Part shown: positions 49,991 through 61,700 of the stretch, piece after piece
Layout: each line of letters opens with the position of its first letter
Numbering within the stretch: the first letter of the stretch is position 1
Source of the DNA: Eledone cirrhosa
Lineage: Eukaryota
Assembly (NCBI GenBank): GCA_964016885.1
Contig: OZ024742.1
Span: 166,656,001-166,720,000, forward strand
DNA length: 64,000 nt
Reading direction: 5' to 3'
Notes under the pieces: model-generated
What the model was told of the DNA's origin: nothing
The model's database searches: none
What the model saw: the letters and a program-made list of their open reading frames with translations, nothing else
Translations under genes and position numbers: made by a program

Positions 49991-52900
49991 GGAGATAATT
50001 TGTAAAAAAAATCAGGGGGAGATAATTTGTAAAAAAATCAGGGGGAGATAATTTGTAAAAAAAAAATCAGGGGGAGATAATTTGTAAAAAAAATCAGGGG
50101 GAGATGATTTGTAAAAAAAAATCAGGGGTAGATAATTTGTAAAAAAAAATCAGGGGGTGATAATTTGTAAAAAAAAATCAGGGGGAGATAATTTGTAAAA
50201 AAAATCAAGGGGAGATAATTTCCAGCCGTCGAAGGGAAGATAATTTCCAGCCCTCCAAGGGGCTATAATTTCCAGCGTCCAAGGGGAGATAATTTCCAGC
50301 CGTCCAAGGGGAGATAATTTCCAGCCGTCCAAGGGTAGATAATATCCAGCCGTCCAAGTAGACATTTTCCAGCCGTCCAAGGAGAGGTAATTTCTAGCCG
50401 TCCAAGGGGAGATAAATTCCAGCCTCCAAGGGGAGATAATTTCCAGCCAGCCAAGGGGAGATAATTTGTAAAAAAATCAGGGGGAGATAATTTGTAAAAA
50501 AAATCAGGGGGAGATAATTTGTAAAAAAAAATCAGGGGGAGATAATTTGTAAAAACAATCAGGGGGAGATAATTTGTAAAAAAAATCAGGGGGAGATAAT
50601 TTGTAAAAAAAATCAAGGGGAGATAATTTCCAGCCGTCCAAGGGGAGATAATTTTCAGCCGTCCAAGGGGAGATAATTTCCAGCCGTCCAAGGGGAGATA
50701 ATTTCCATCCTTCCAAGGGGAGATAATTTCCAGCCGTCCAAGGGGAGATAATTTTCAGCCGTCCAAGGGGAGATAATTTCCCGCCAGCCAAGGGAAGATA
50801 ATATTTTAAAAAATCAGGCGGAGATAATTTGTAAAAAAAATCAGGGGGAGATAATTTGTAAAAAAATCAGGGGGAGATAATTTGTAAAAAAAAAATCAGG
50901 GGGAGATAATTTGTAAAAAAAATCAGGGGGAGATAATTTGTAAAAAAAAATCAGGGGTAGATAATTTGTAAAAAAAAATCAGGGGGAGATAATTTGTAAA
51001 AAAAAAATCAGGGGGAGATAATTTGTAAAAAAAATCAAGGGGAGATAATTTCCAGCCGTCCAAGGAGAGATAATTTTTAAAAAAAATCAGGCGGAGATAA
51101 TTTGTAAAAAAAAATCAAGGGGAGATAATTTGTAAAAAAAAATCAAGGGGAGATAATTTGTAAAAAAAAATCAAGGGGAGATAATTTGTAAAAAAAATCA
51201 AGGGGAGATAATTTCCAGCCGTCCAAGGGAAGATAATTTCCAGCACTCCAAGGGGCTATAATTTCCAGTGTCCAAGGGGAGATAATTTCCAGCCAGCGAA
51301 GGGGAGATAATTTTTTTAAAAAAATAAGGGGGAGATATGTAAAAAAAATCAGAGGGAGATAATTTCTAAAAAAAATCAAAGGGAGATAATTTCCAGCCGT
51401 CCAAAGAGAGATAATTTCTAGCCGTCCAAGGGGAGATAATTTCCAGCCAAGGGGAGATAATTTCCAGCCGTCCAAGGGGAGATAATTATTTAAAAAATCA
51501 GGTGGAGATAATTTGTAAAAAAAATCAGGGGGAGATAATTTGTAAAAACAAAATCAAGGGCAGATAATTTCCAGCTGTCCAAGGGGAGATAATTTCCAGC
51601 CGTGCAAGGGGAGATAATTTCCAGCCGTCCAAGGGGAGATAATTTCCATCCTTCCAAGGGGAGATAATGTCCAGCCGTCCAAGGGGAGATAATTTCCCGC
51701 CAGCCAAGGGAAGATAATTTTTTAAAAAATCAGGCGGAGATTGTAAAAAAAATCAGGGGGAGATAATTTGTAAAAAAAAAATCAGGGGGAGATAATTTGT
51801 AAAAAAAATCAGGGGTAGATAATTTGTAAAAAAAAATCAGGGGGAGATAATTTGTAAAAAAAAATCAGGGGGAGATAATTTCTAAAAAAATCAAGGGGAG
51901 ATAATATGCAGCCGTCCAAGGGGAGATAATTTTCAGCCGTCCAAGGAGAGGTAATTTCTAGCCGTCCAAGGGGAGATAATTTCCAGCCGTCCAAGGGGAG
52001 ATAGTTTTTTTAAAAAAATCAGGCGGAGATAATTTGTAAAAAAAAAATCAGGGGGAGATAATTTGTAAAAAAAAATCAGGGGGAGATAATTTGTAAAAAA
52101 AAATCAGGGGGAGATAATTTGTAAAAAAAATCAGGGGGAGATAATTAGTAAAAAAAATCAAGGGGAGATAATTTCCAGCCGTCCAAGGGGAGGTAATATC
52201 TAGCCGTCCAAGGGGAGATAATTTCCAGCCGTCCAAGGGGAGATAATTTCCAGCCGTCCAAGGGTAGATAATATCCAGCCGTCCAAGTAGACATATTTTC
52301 CAGCCGTCCAAGGAGAGGTAATTTCTAGCCGTCCAAGGGGAGATAAATTCCAGCCTCCAAGGGGAGATAATTTCCAGCCAGCCAAGGGGAGATAATTTGT
52401 AAAAAAATCAGGGGGAGATAATTTGTAAAAAAAATCAGGGGGAGATAATTTGTAAAAAAAAATCAGGGGGAGATAATTTGTAAAAAAAAATCAGGGGGAG
52501 ATAATTTGTAAAAAAAATCAAGGGGAGATAATTTGTAAAAAAAAATCAGGGGGAGATAATTTGTAAAAAAAAATCAGGGGGAGATAATTTGTAAAAAAAA
52601 ATCAGGGGGAGATAATTTGTAAAAAAAATCAAGGGGAGATAATTTCCAGCCGTCCAAGGAGAGATAATTTTAAAAAAAAATCAGGCGGAGATAATTTGTA
52701 AAAAAAATCAGGGGGAGATAATTTGTAAAAAAAAATCAGGGGGAGATAATTTGTAAAAAAAAATCAGGGGGAGATAATTTCCAACCGTCCAAGGTAAGAT
52801 AATTTCCAGCCCTCCAAGGGGCTATAATTTCCAGCCGTCCAAGGGTAGATAATATCCAGCCGTCCAAGTAGACATATTTTCCAGCCGTTCAAGGAGAGGT

Positions 52901-55740
52901 AATTTCTAGCCGTCCAAGGGGAGATAAATTCCAGCCTCCAAGGGGAGATAATTTCCAGCCAGCCAAGGGGAGATAATTTGTAAAAAAATCAGGGGGAGAT
53001 AATTTGTAAAAAAAATCAGGGGGAGATAATTTGTAAAAAAAAATCAGGGGGAGATAATTTGTAAAAAAAAATCAGGGGGAGATAATTTGTAAAAAAAAAT
53101 CAGGGGGAGATAATTTGTAAAAAAAATCAAGGGGAGATAATTTCCAGCCGTCCAAGGGGAGATAATTTTCAGCCGTCCAAGGGGAGATAATTTCCAGCCG
53201 TCCAAGGGGAGATAATTTCCATCCTTCCAAGGGGAGATAATTTCCAGCCGTCCAAGGGGAGATAATTTTCAGCCGTCCAAGGGGAGATAATTTCCCGCCA
53301 GCCAAGGGAAGATAATATTTTAAAAAATCAGGCGGAGATAATTTGTAAAAAAAATCAGGGGGAGATAATTTGTAAAAAAATCAGGGGGAGATAATTTGTA
53401 AAAAAAAAATCAGGGGGAGATAATTTGTAAAAAAAATCAGGGGGAGATAATTTGTAAAAAAAAATCAGGGGTAGATAATTTGTAAAAAAAAATCAGGGGG
53501 AGATAATTTGTAAAAAAAAATCAGGGGGAGATAATTTGTAAAAAAAATCAGGGGGAGATAATTTGTAAAAAAAAATCAGGGGGAGATAATTTCCGGCCGT
53601 CCAAGGGGAGATAATTTTCAGCCGTCCAAGGGGAGATAATTTCCCGCCAGCCAAGGGAAGATAATATTTAAAAAAATCAGGCGGAGATAATTTGTAAAAA
53701 AAATCAGGGGGAGATAATTTGTAAAAAAATCAGGGGGAGATAATTTGTAAAAAAAATCAAGGGGAGATAATTTCCAGCCGTCCAAGGGGAGGTAATATCT
53801 AGCCGTCCAAGGGGAGATAATTTCCAGCCGTCCAAGTGGAGATAATTTCCAGCCGTCCAAGGGTAGATAATATCCAGCCGTCCAAGGAGACATATTTTCC
53901 AGCCGTCCAAGGAGAGGTAATTTCTAGCCGTCCAAGGGGAGATAAATTCCAGCCTCCAAGGGGAGATAATTTCCAGCCAGCCAAGGGGAGATAATTTGTA
54001 AAAAAAATCAGGGGGAGATGATTTGTAAAAAAAAATCAGGGGTAGATAATTTGTAAAAAAAAATCAGGGGGTGATAATTTGTAAAAAAAAATCAGGGGGA
54101 GATAATTTGTAAAAAAAATCAAGGGGAGATAATTTCCAGCCGTCGAAGGGAAGATAATTTCCAGCCCTCCAAGGGGCTATAATTTCCAGCGTCCAAGGGG
54201 AGATTATTTCCAGCCGTCCAAGGGGAGATAATTTCCAGCCGTCCAAGGGTAGATAATATCCAGCCGTCCAAGTAGACATTTTCCAGCCGTCCAAGGAGAG
54301 GTAATTTCTAGCCGTCCAAGGGGAGATAAATTCCAGCCTCCAAGGGGAGATAATTTCCAGCCAGCCAAGGGGAGATAATTTGTAAAAAAATCAGGGGGAG
54401 ATAATTTGTAAAAAAAATCAGGGGGAGATAATTTGTAAAAAAAAATCAGGGGGAGATAATTTGTAAAAAAAATCAGGGGGAGATAATTTGTAAAAAAAAT
54501 CAGGGGGAGATAATTTGTAAAAAAAATCAAGGGGAGATAATTTCCAGCCGTCCAAGGGGAGATAATTTTCAGCCGTCCAAGGGGAGATAATTTCCAGCCG
54601 TCCAAGGGGAGATAATTTCCATCCTTCCAAGGGGAGATAATTTCCAGCCGTCCAAGGGGAGATAATTTTCAGCCGTCCAAGGGGAGATAATTTCCCGCCA
54701 GCCAAGGGAAGATAATATTTTAAAAAATCAGGCGGAGATAATTTGTAAAAAAAATCAGGGGGAGATAATTTGTAAAAAAATCAGGGGGAGATAATTTGTA
54801 AAAAAAAAATCAGGGGGAGATAATTTGTAAAAAAAATCAGGGGGAGATAATTTGTAAAAAAAAATCAGGGGTAGATAATTTGTAAAAAAAAATCAGGGGG
54901 AGATAATTTGTAAAAAAAAAATCAGGGGGAGATAATTTGTAAAAAAAATCAAGGGGAGATAATTTCCAGCCGTCCAAGGAGAGATAATTTTTAAAAAAAA
55001 TCAGGCGGAGATAATTTGTAAAAAAAAATCAAGGGGAGATAATTTGTAAAAAAAAATCAAGGGGAGATAATTTGTAAAAAAAATCAAGGGGAGATAATTT
55101 CCAGCCGTCCAAGGGAAGATAATTTCCAGCACTCCAAGGGGCTATAATTTCCAGTGTCCAAGGGGAGATAATTTCCAGCCAGCGAAGGGGAGATAATTTT
55201 TTTAAAAAAATCAGGGGGAGATATGTAAAAAAAATCAGAGGGAGATAATTTCTAAAAAAATCAAAGGGAGATAATTTCCAGCCGTCCAAAGAGAGATAAT
55301 TTCTAGCCGTCCAAGGGGAGATAATTTCCAGCCAAGGGGAGATAATTTCCAGCCGTCCAAGGGGAGATAATTATTTAAAAAATCAGGTGGAGATAATTTG
55401 TAAAAAAAATCAGGGGGAGATAATTTGTAAAAACAAAATCAAGGGCAGATAATTTCCAGCTGTCCAAGGGGAGATAATTTCCAGCCGTGCAAGGGGAGAT
55501 AATTTCCAGCCGTCCAAGGGGAGATAATTTCCATCCTTCCAAGGGGAGATAATGTCCAGCCGTCCAAGGGGAGATAATTTCCCGCCAGCCAAGGGAAGAT
55601 AATTTTTAAAAAAATCAGGCGGAGATTGTAAAAAAAATCAGGGGGAGATAATTTGTAAAAAAAAAATCAGGGGGAGATAATTTGTAAAAAAAATCAGGGG
55701 TAGATAATTTTTAAAAAAAAATCAGGGGGAGATAATTTGT
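49991..55740 (+). repeat. About 5.75-kb near-identical copy of 22691 to about 28550
   Basis: Line-for-line match at offset 27300, including the rare AAAATAAGGGGGAGATATGT at about 24021 and 51321. The offset becomes 27191/27190 after a 109-bp deletion near 54020. Confidence 0.9.
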
Positions 55741-58700
55741 AAAAAAAAATCAGGGGGAGATAATTTGTAAAAAAAATCAGGGGGAGATAATTTGTAAAAA
55801 AAAATCAGGGGGAGATAATTTGTAAAAAAAAATCAGGGGGAGATAATTCGTAAAAAAAAATCAGGGGGAGATAATTTGTAAAAAAAATCAAGGGGAGATA
55901 ATTTCCAGCCGTCCAAGGGGAGATAATTTCCAGCCGTCCAAGGGGAGGTAATATCTAGCCGTCCAAGGGGAGATAATTTCCAGCCGTCCAAGAGGAGATA
56001 ATTTCCAGCCGTCCAAGGGTAGATAATATCCAGCCGTCCAAGGAGACATATTTTCCAGCCGTCCAAGGAGAGGTAATTTCTAGCCGTCCAAGGGGAGATA
56101 AATTCCAGCCTCCAAGGGGAGATAATTTGTAAAAAAAATCAGGGGGAGATAATTTGTAAAATAAATCAGGGGGAGATAATTTGTAAAAAAAAATCAGGGG
56201 GAGATAATTTGTAAAAAAAATCAGGGGGAGATAATTTGTAAAAACAAATCAAGGGGAGATAATTTCCAGCCGTCCAAGGGGAGATAATTTTCAGCCGCCC
56301 AAGGGGAGATAATTTCCCGCCAGCCAAGGGAAGATAATATTTAAAAAATCAGGCGGAGATAATTTGTAAAAAAAATCAGGGGGAGATAATTTGTAAAAAA
56401 ATCAGGGGGAGATAATTTGTAAAAAAAAAATCAGGGGGAGATAATTTGTAAAAAAAATCAGGGGGAGATGATTTGTAAAAAAAATCAGGGGTAGATAATT
56501 TGTAAAAAAAAATCAGGGGGAGATAATTTGTAAAAAAAAATCAGGGGGAGATAATTTGTAAAAAAAATCAAGAGGAGATAATTTCCAGCCGTCCAAGGGG
56601 AGATAATTTTCAGCCGTCCAAGGGGAGATAATTTCCAGCCGTCCAAGGGGAGATAATTTCCATCCTTCCAAGGGGAGATAATTTCCAGCCGTCCAAGGGG
56701 AGATAATTTCCCGCCAACCAAGGGAAGATAATTTTTAAAAAAATCAGGCGGAGATTGTAAAAAAAATCAGGGGGAGATAATTTGTAAAAAAATCAGGGGG
56801 AGATAATTTGTAAAAAAAAAATCAGGGGGAGATAATTTGTAAAAAAAATCAGGGGGAGATAATTTGTAAAAAAAATCAAGGGGAGATAATTTGTACAAAA
56901 AATCAGGGGTATATAATTTGTAAAAAAAAATCAGGGGGAGATAATTTGTAAAAAAAAATCAGGGGGAGATAATTTGTAAAAAAAATCAAGGGGAGATAAT
57001 TTGCAGCCGTCCAAGGGGAGATAATTTTCAGCCGTCCAAGGAGAGGTAATTTCTAGCCGTCCAAGGTGAGATAATATCCAGCCGTCCAAGGGGAGATAAT
57101 TTCCAGCCGTCCAAGGGGAGATAATTTAAAAAAAAAAACAGGCGAAGATAATTTGTAAAAAAAAAATCAGGGGGAGATAATTTGTAAAAAAAAATCAGGG
57201 GGAGATAATTTGTAAAAAAAATCAGGGGGAGGTAATTTGTAAAAAAAATCAAGGGGAGATAATTTCCAGCCGTCCAAGGGAAGATAATTTCCAGCCCTCC
57301 AAGGGGCTATAATTTCCAGCGTCCAAGGGGAGATAATTTCCAGCCAGCGAAGGGGAGATAATTTTTTTTTTTTTAAATCAGGGGGACATAATTTGTAAAA
57401 AAAATCAGGGGGAGATAATTTGTAAAAAAAATTAAGGGGAGATAATTTGTAAAAAAAAATCAAGGGGAGATAATTTCCAGCCGTCCAAGGAGAGGTAATT
57501 TCTAGACGTCCAAGGGGAGATAATTTCCAGCCGTCCAAGGGGAGATAATTTCCAGCCGTCCAAGGGTAGATAATATCCAGCCGTCCAAGGAGACATATTT
57601 TCCAGCTTTCCAAGGAGAGGTAATTTCTAGCCGTCCAAGGGGAGATAAATTCCAGCCTCCAAGGGGAGATAATTTCCAGCCAGCCAAGGGGAGATAATTT
57701 GTAAAAAAAATCAGGGGGAGATAATTTGTAAAAAAAATCAGCGGGAGATAATTTGTAAAAAAAATCAGGGGGAGATAATTTCCAGCCGTCCAAGGGGAGA
57801 TAATTTTCAGCCGTCCAAGGGGAGATAATTTCCCGCCAGCCAAGGGAAGATAATATTTAAAAAATGAGGCGGAGATAATTTGTAAAAAAAATCAGGGGGA
57901 GATAATTTGTAAAAAAATCAGGGGGAGATAATTTGTAAAAAAAAAATCAGGGGGAGATAATTTGTAAAAAAAATCAGGGGGAGATAATTTGTAAAAAAAA
58001 ATCAGGGGTAGATAATTTGTAAAAAAAAATCAGGGGGAGATAATTTGTAAAAAAAATCAGGGGGAGATAATTTATAAAAAAAATCAAGGGGAGATAATTT
58101 CCAGCCGTCCAAGGGAAGATAATTTCAAGCCCTCCAAGGGGCTATAATTTCCAGTGTCCAAGGGGAGATAATTTCCAGCCAGCGAAGGGGAGATAATTTT
58201 TTTTTAAAAATCAGGGGGAGATTTGTAAAAAAAATCAGGGGGAGATAATTTGTAAAAAAAATCAAAGGGAGATAATTTCCAGCCGTCCAAAGAGATAATT
58301 TCTAGCCGTCCAAGGGGAGATAATTTCGAGCCAAGGGGAGATAATTTCCAGCCGTCCAAGGGGAGATAATTTTTTAAAAAATCAGGTGGAGATAATTTGT
58401 AAAAAAAATCAGGGGGAGATAATTTGTAAAAACAAAATCAAGGGCAGATAATTTCCAGCTGTCCAAGGAGAGATAATTTCCAGCCATGCAAGGGGAGATA
58501 ATTTCCAGCCGTCCAAGGGGAGATAATTTCCATCCTTCCAAGGGGAGATAATTTCCAGCCGTCCAAGGGGAGATAATTTCCCGCCAGCCAAGGGAAGATA
58601 ATTTTTTAAAAAATCAGGCGGAGATTGTAAAAAAAATCAGGGGGAGATAATTTCCAGCTGTCCAAGGGGAGGTAATATCTAGCCGTCCAAGGGGAGATAA

Positions 58701-61700
58701 TTTCCAGCCGTCCAAGGGGAGATAATTTCCAGCCGTCGAAGGGTAGATAATATCCAGCCGTCCAAGGAGACATATTTTCCAGCCGTCCAAGGAGAGGTAA
58801 TTTCTAGCCGTCCAAGTGGAGATAAATTCCAGCCTCCAAGGGGAGATAATTTCCAGCCAGCCAAGGGGAGATAATTTGTAAAAAAATCAGGGGGAGATAA
58901 TTTGTAAAAAAAAATCAGGGGGAGATAATTTGTAAAAAAAATCAGGGGGAGATAATTTGTAAAAAAAATCAAGGGGAGATAATTTCCAGCCGTCCAAGGG
59001 GAGATAATTTTCAGCCGTCCAAGGGGAGATAATTTCCCGCCAGCCAAGGGAAGATAATATTTAAAAAATGAGGCGGAGATAATTTGTAAAAAAAAATCAG
59101 GGGTAGATAATTTGTAAAAAAAATCAGGGGGAGATAATTTGTAAAAAAAATCAAGGGGAGATAATTTCCAGCCGTCCAAGGAGAGATAATTTTTAAAAAA
59201 AATCAGGCGGAGATAATTTGTAAAAAAAAAATCAGGGGGAGATAATTTGTAAAAAAAAATCAGGGGGAGATAATTTGTAAAAAAAATCAAGGGGAGATAA
59301 TTTCCAGCCGTCCAAGGGGAGATAATTTTCAGCCGTCCAAGGGGAGATAATTTCCAGCCGTCCAAGGGGAGATAATTTTAAAAAAAAATCAGGCGGAGAT
59401 AATTTGTAAAAAAAATCAAGGGGAGATAATTTGCAACCGTCCAAGGGGACATAATTTTCAGTCGTCCAAGGAGAGGTAATTTCTAGCCGTACAAGGGGAG
59501 ATAATTTCCAGCCGTCCAAGGGGAGATAATTTCCAGCCGTCCAAGGGGAGATAATTTTTTTTTAAAAATCAGGCGGAGATAATTTGTAAAAAAAAAATCA
59601 GGGGGAGATAATTTGTAAAAAAAAATCAGGGGGAGATAATTTGTAAAAAAAAATCAGGGGGAGATAATTTGTAAAAAAAATCAAGGGGAGATAATTTCCA
59701 GCCGTCCAAGGGAAGATAATTTCCAGCCCTCCAAGGGGCTATAATTTCCAGCGTCCAAGGGGAGATAATTTCCAGCCAGCGAAGGGGAGATAATTGTTTT
59801 AAAAAAATCATTGGGAGATTTGTAAAAAAAATCAGGGGGAGATAATTAATAAAAAAAATCAAGGGGAGATAATTTCCAGCCGTCCAAGGGGAGGTAATAT
59901 CTAGCCGTCCAAGGGGAGATAATTTCCAGCCGTCCAAGGGGAGATAATTTCCAGCCGTCCAAGGGTAGATAATATCCAGCCGTCCAAGGAGACATATTTT
60001 CCAGCCGTCCAAGGAGAGGTAATTTCTAGCCGTCCAAGGGGAGATAAATTCCAGCCTCCAAGGGGAGATAATTTCCAGCCAGCCAAGGGGAGATAATTTG
60101 TAAAAAAATCAGGGGGAGATAATTTGTAAAAAAAATCAGGGGTAGATAATTTGTAAAAAAAAATCAGGGGGAGATAATTTGTAAAAAAAAATCAGGGGGA
60201 GATAATTTGTAAAAAAAATCAAGGGGAGATAATTTCCAGCCGTCCAAGGAGAGATAATTTAAAAAAAAATCAGGCGGAGATAATTTGTAAAAAAAAATCA
60301 GGGGGAGATAATTTGTAAAAAAAAATCAGGGGGAGATAATTTGTAAAAAAAATCAAGGGGAGATAATTTCCAGCCGTCCAAGGGGAGATAATTTCCAGCC
60401 GTCCAAGGGGAGATAATTTTTTAAAAAAAATCAGGCGGAGATAATTTGTAAAAAAAATCAGGGGGAGATAATTTGTAAAAAAAAATCAGGGGGAGATAAT
60501 TTGTAAAAAAAAATCAGGGGGAGATAATTTCCAGCCGTCCAAGGTAAGATAATTTCCAGCCCTCCAAGGGGCTATAATTTCCAGCCGTCCAAGGGTAGAT
60601 AATATCCAGCCGTCCAAGTAGACATATTTTCCAGCCGTCCAAGGAGAGGTAATTTCTAGCCGTCCAAGGGGAGATAAATTCCAGCCTCCAAGGGGAGATA
60701 ATTTCCAGCCAGCCAAGGGGAGATAATTTGTAAAAAAATCAGGGGGAGATAATTTGTAAAAAAAATCAGGGGGAGATAATTTGTAAAAAAAAATCAGGGG
60801 GAGATAATTTGTAAAAAAAAATCAGGGGGAGATAATTTCCAGCCGTCCAAGGGGAGATAATTTTCAGCCGTCCAAGGGTAGATAATATCCAGCCGTCCAA
60901 GTAGACATTTTCCAGCCGTCCAAGGAGAGGTAATTTCTAGCCGTCCAAGGGGAGATAAATTCCAGCCTCCAAGGGGAGATAATTTCCAGCCAGCCAAGGG
61001 GAGATAATTTGTAAAAAAATCAGGGGGAGATAATTTGTAAAAAAAATCAGGGGGAGATAATTTGTAAAAAAAAATCAGGGGGAGATAATTTGTAAAAAAA
61101 AATGAGGGGGAGATAATTTGTAAAAAAAAATCAGGGGGAGATAATTTGTAAAAAAAATCAAGGGGAGATAATTTCCAGCCGTCCAAGGGGAGATAATTTT
61201 CAGCCGTCCAAGGGGAGATAATTTCCAGCCGTCCAAGGGGAGATAATTTCCATCCTTCCAAGGGGAGATAATTTCCAGCCGTCCAAGGGGAGATAATTTT
61301 CAGCCGTCCAAGGGGAGATAATTTCCCGCCAGCCAAGGGAAGATAATATTTTAAAAAATCAGGCGGAGATAATTTGTAAAAAAAATCGGGGAGATAATTT
61401 GTAAAAAAAATCAGGGGGAGATAATTTGTAAAAAAAAAATCAGGGGGAGATAATTTGTAAAAAAAAATCAGGGGTAGATAATTTGTAAAAAAAAATCAGG
61501 GGGAGATAATTTGTAAAAAAAAATCAGGGGGAGATAATTTGTAAAAAAAATCAGGGGGAGATAATTTGTAAAAAAAAATCAGGGGGAGATAATTTCCGGC
61601 CGTCCAAGGGGAGATAATTTTCAACCGTCCAAGGGGAGATAATTTCCCGCCAGCCAAGGGAAGATAATATTTAAAAAAATCAGGCGGAGATAATTTGTAA

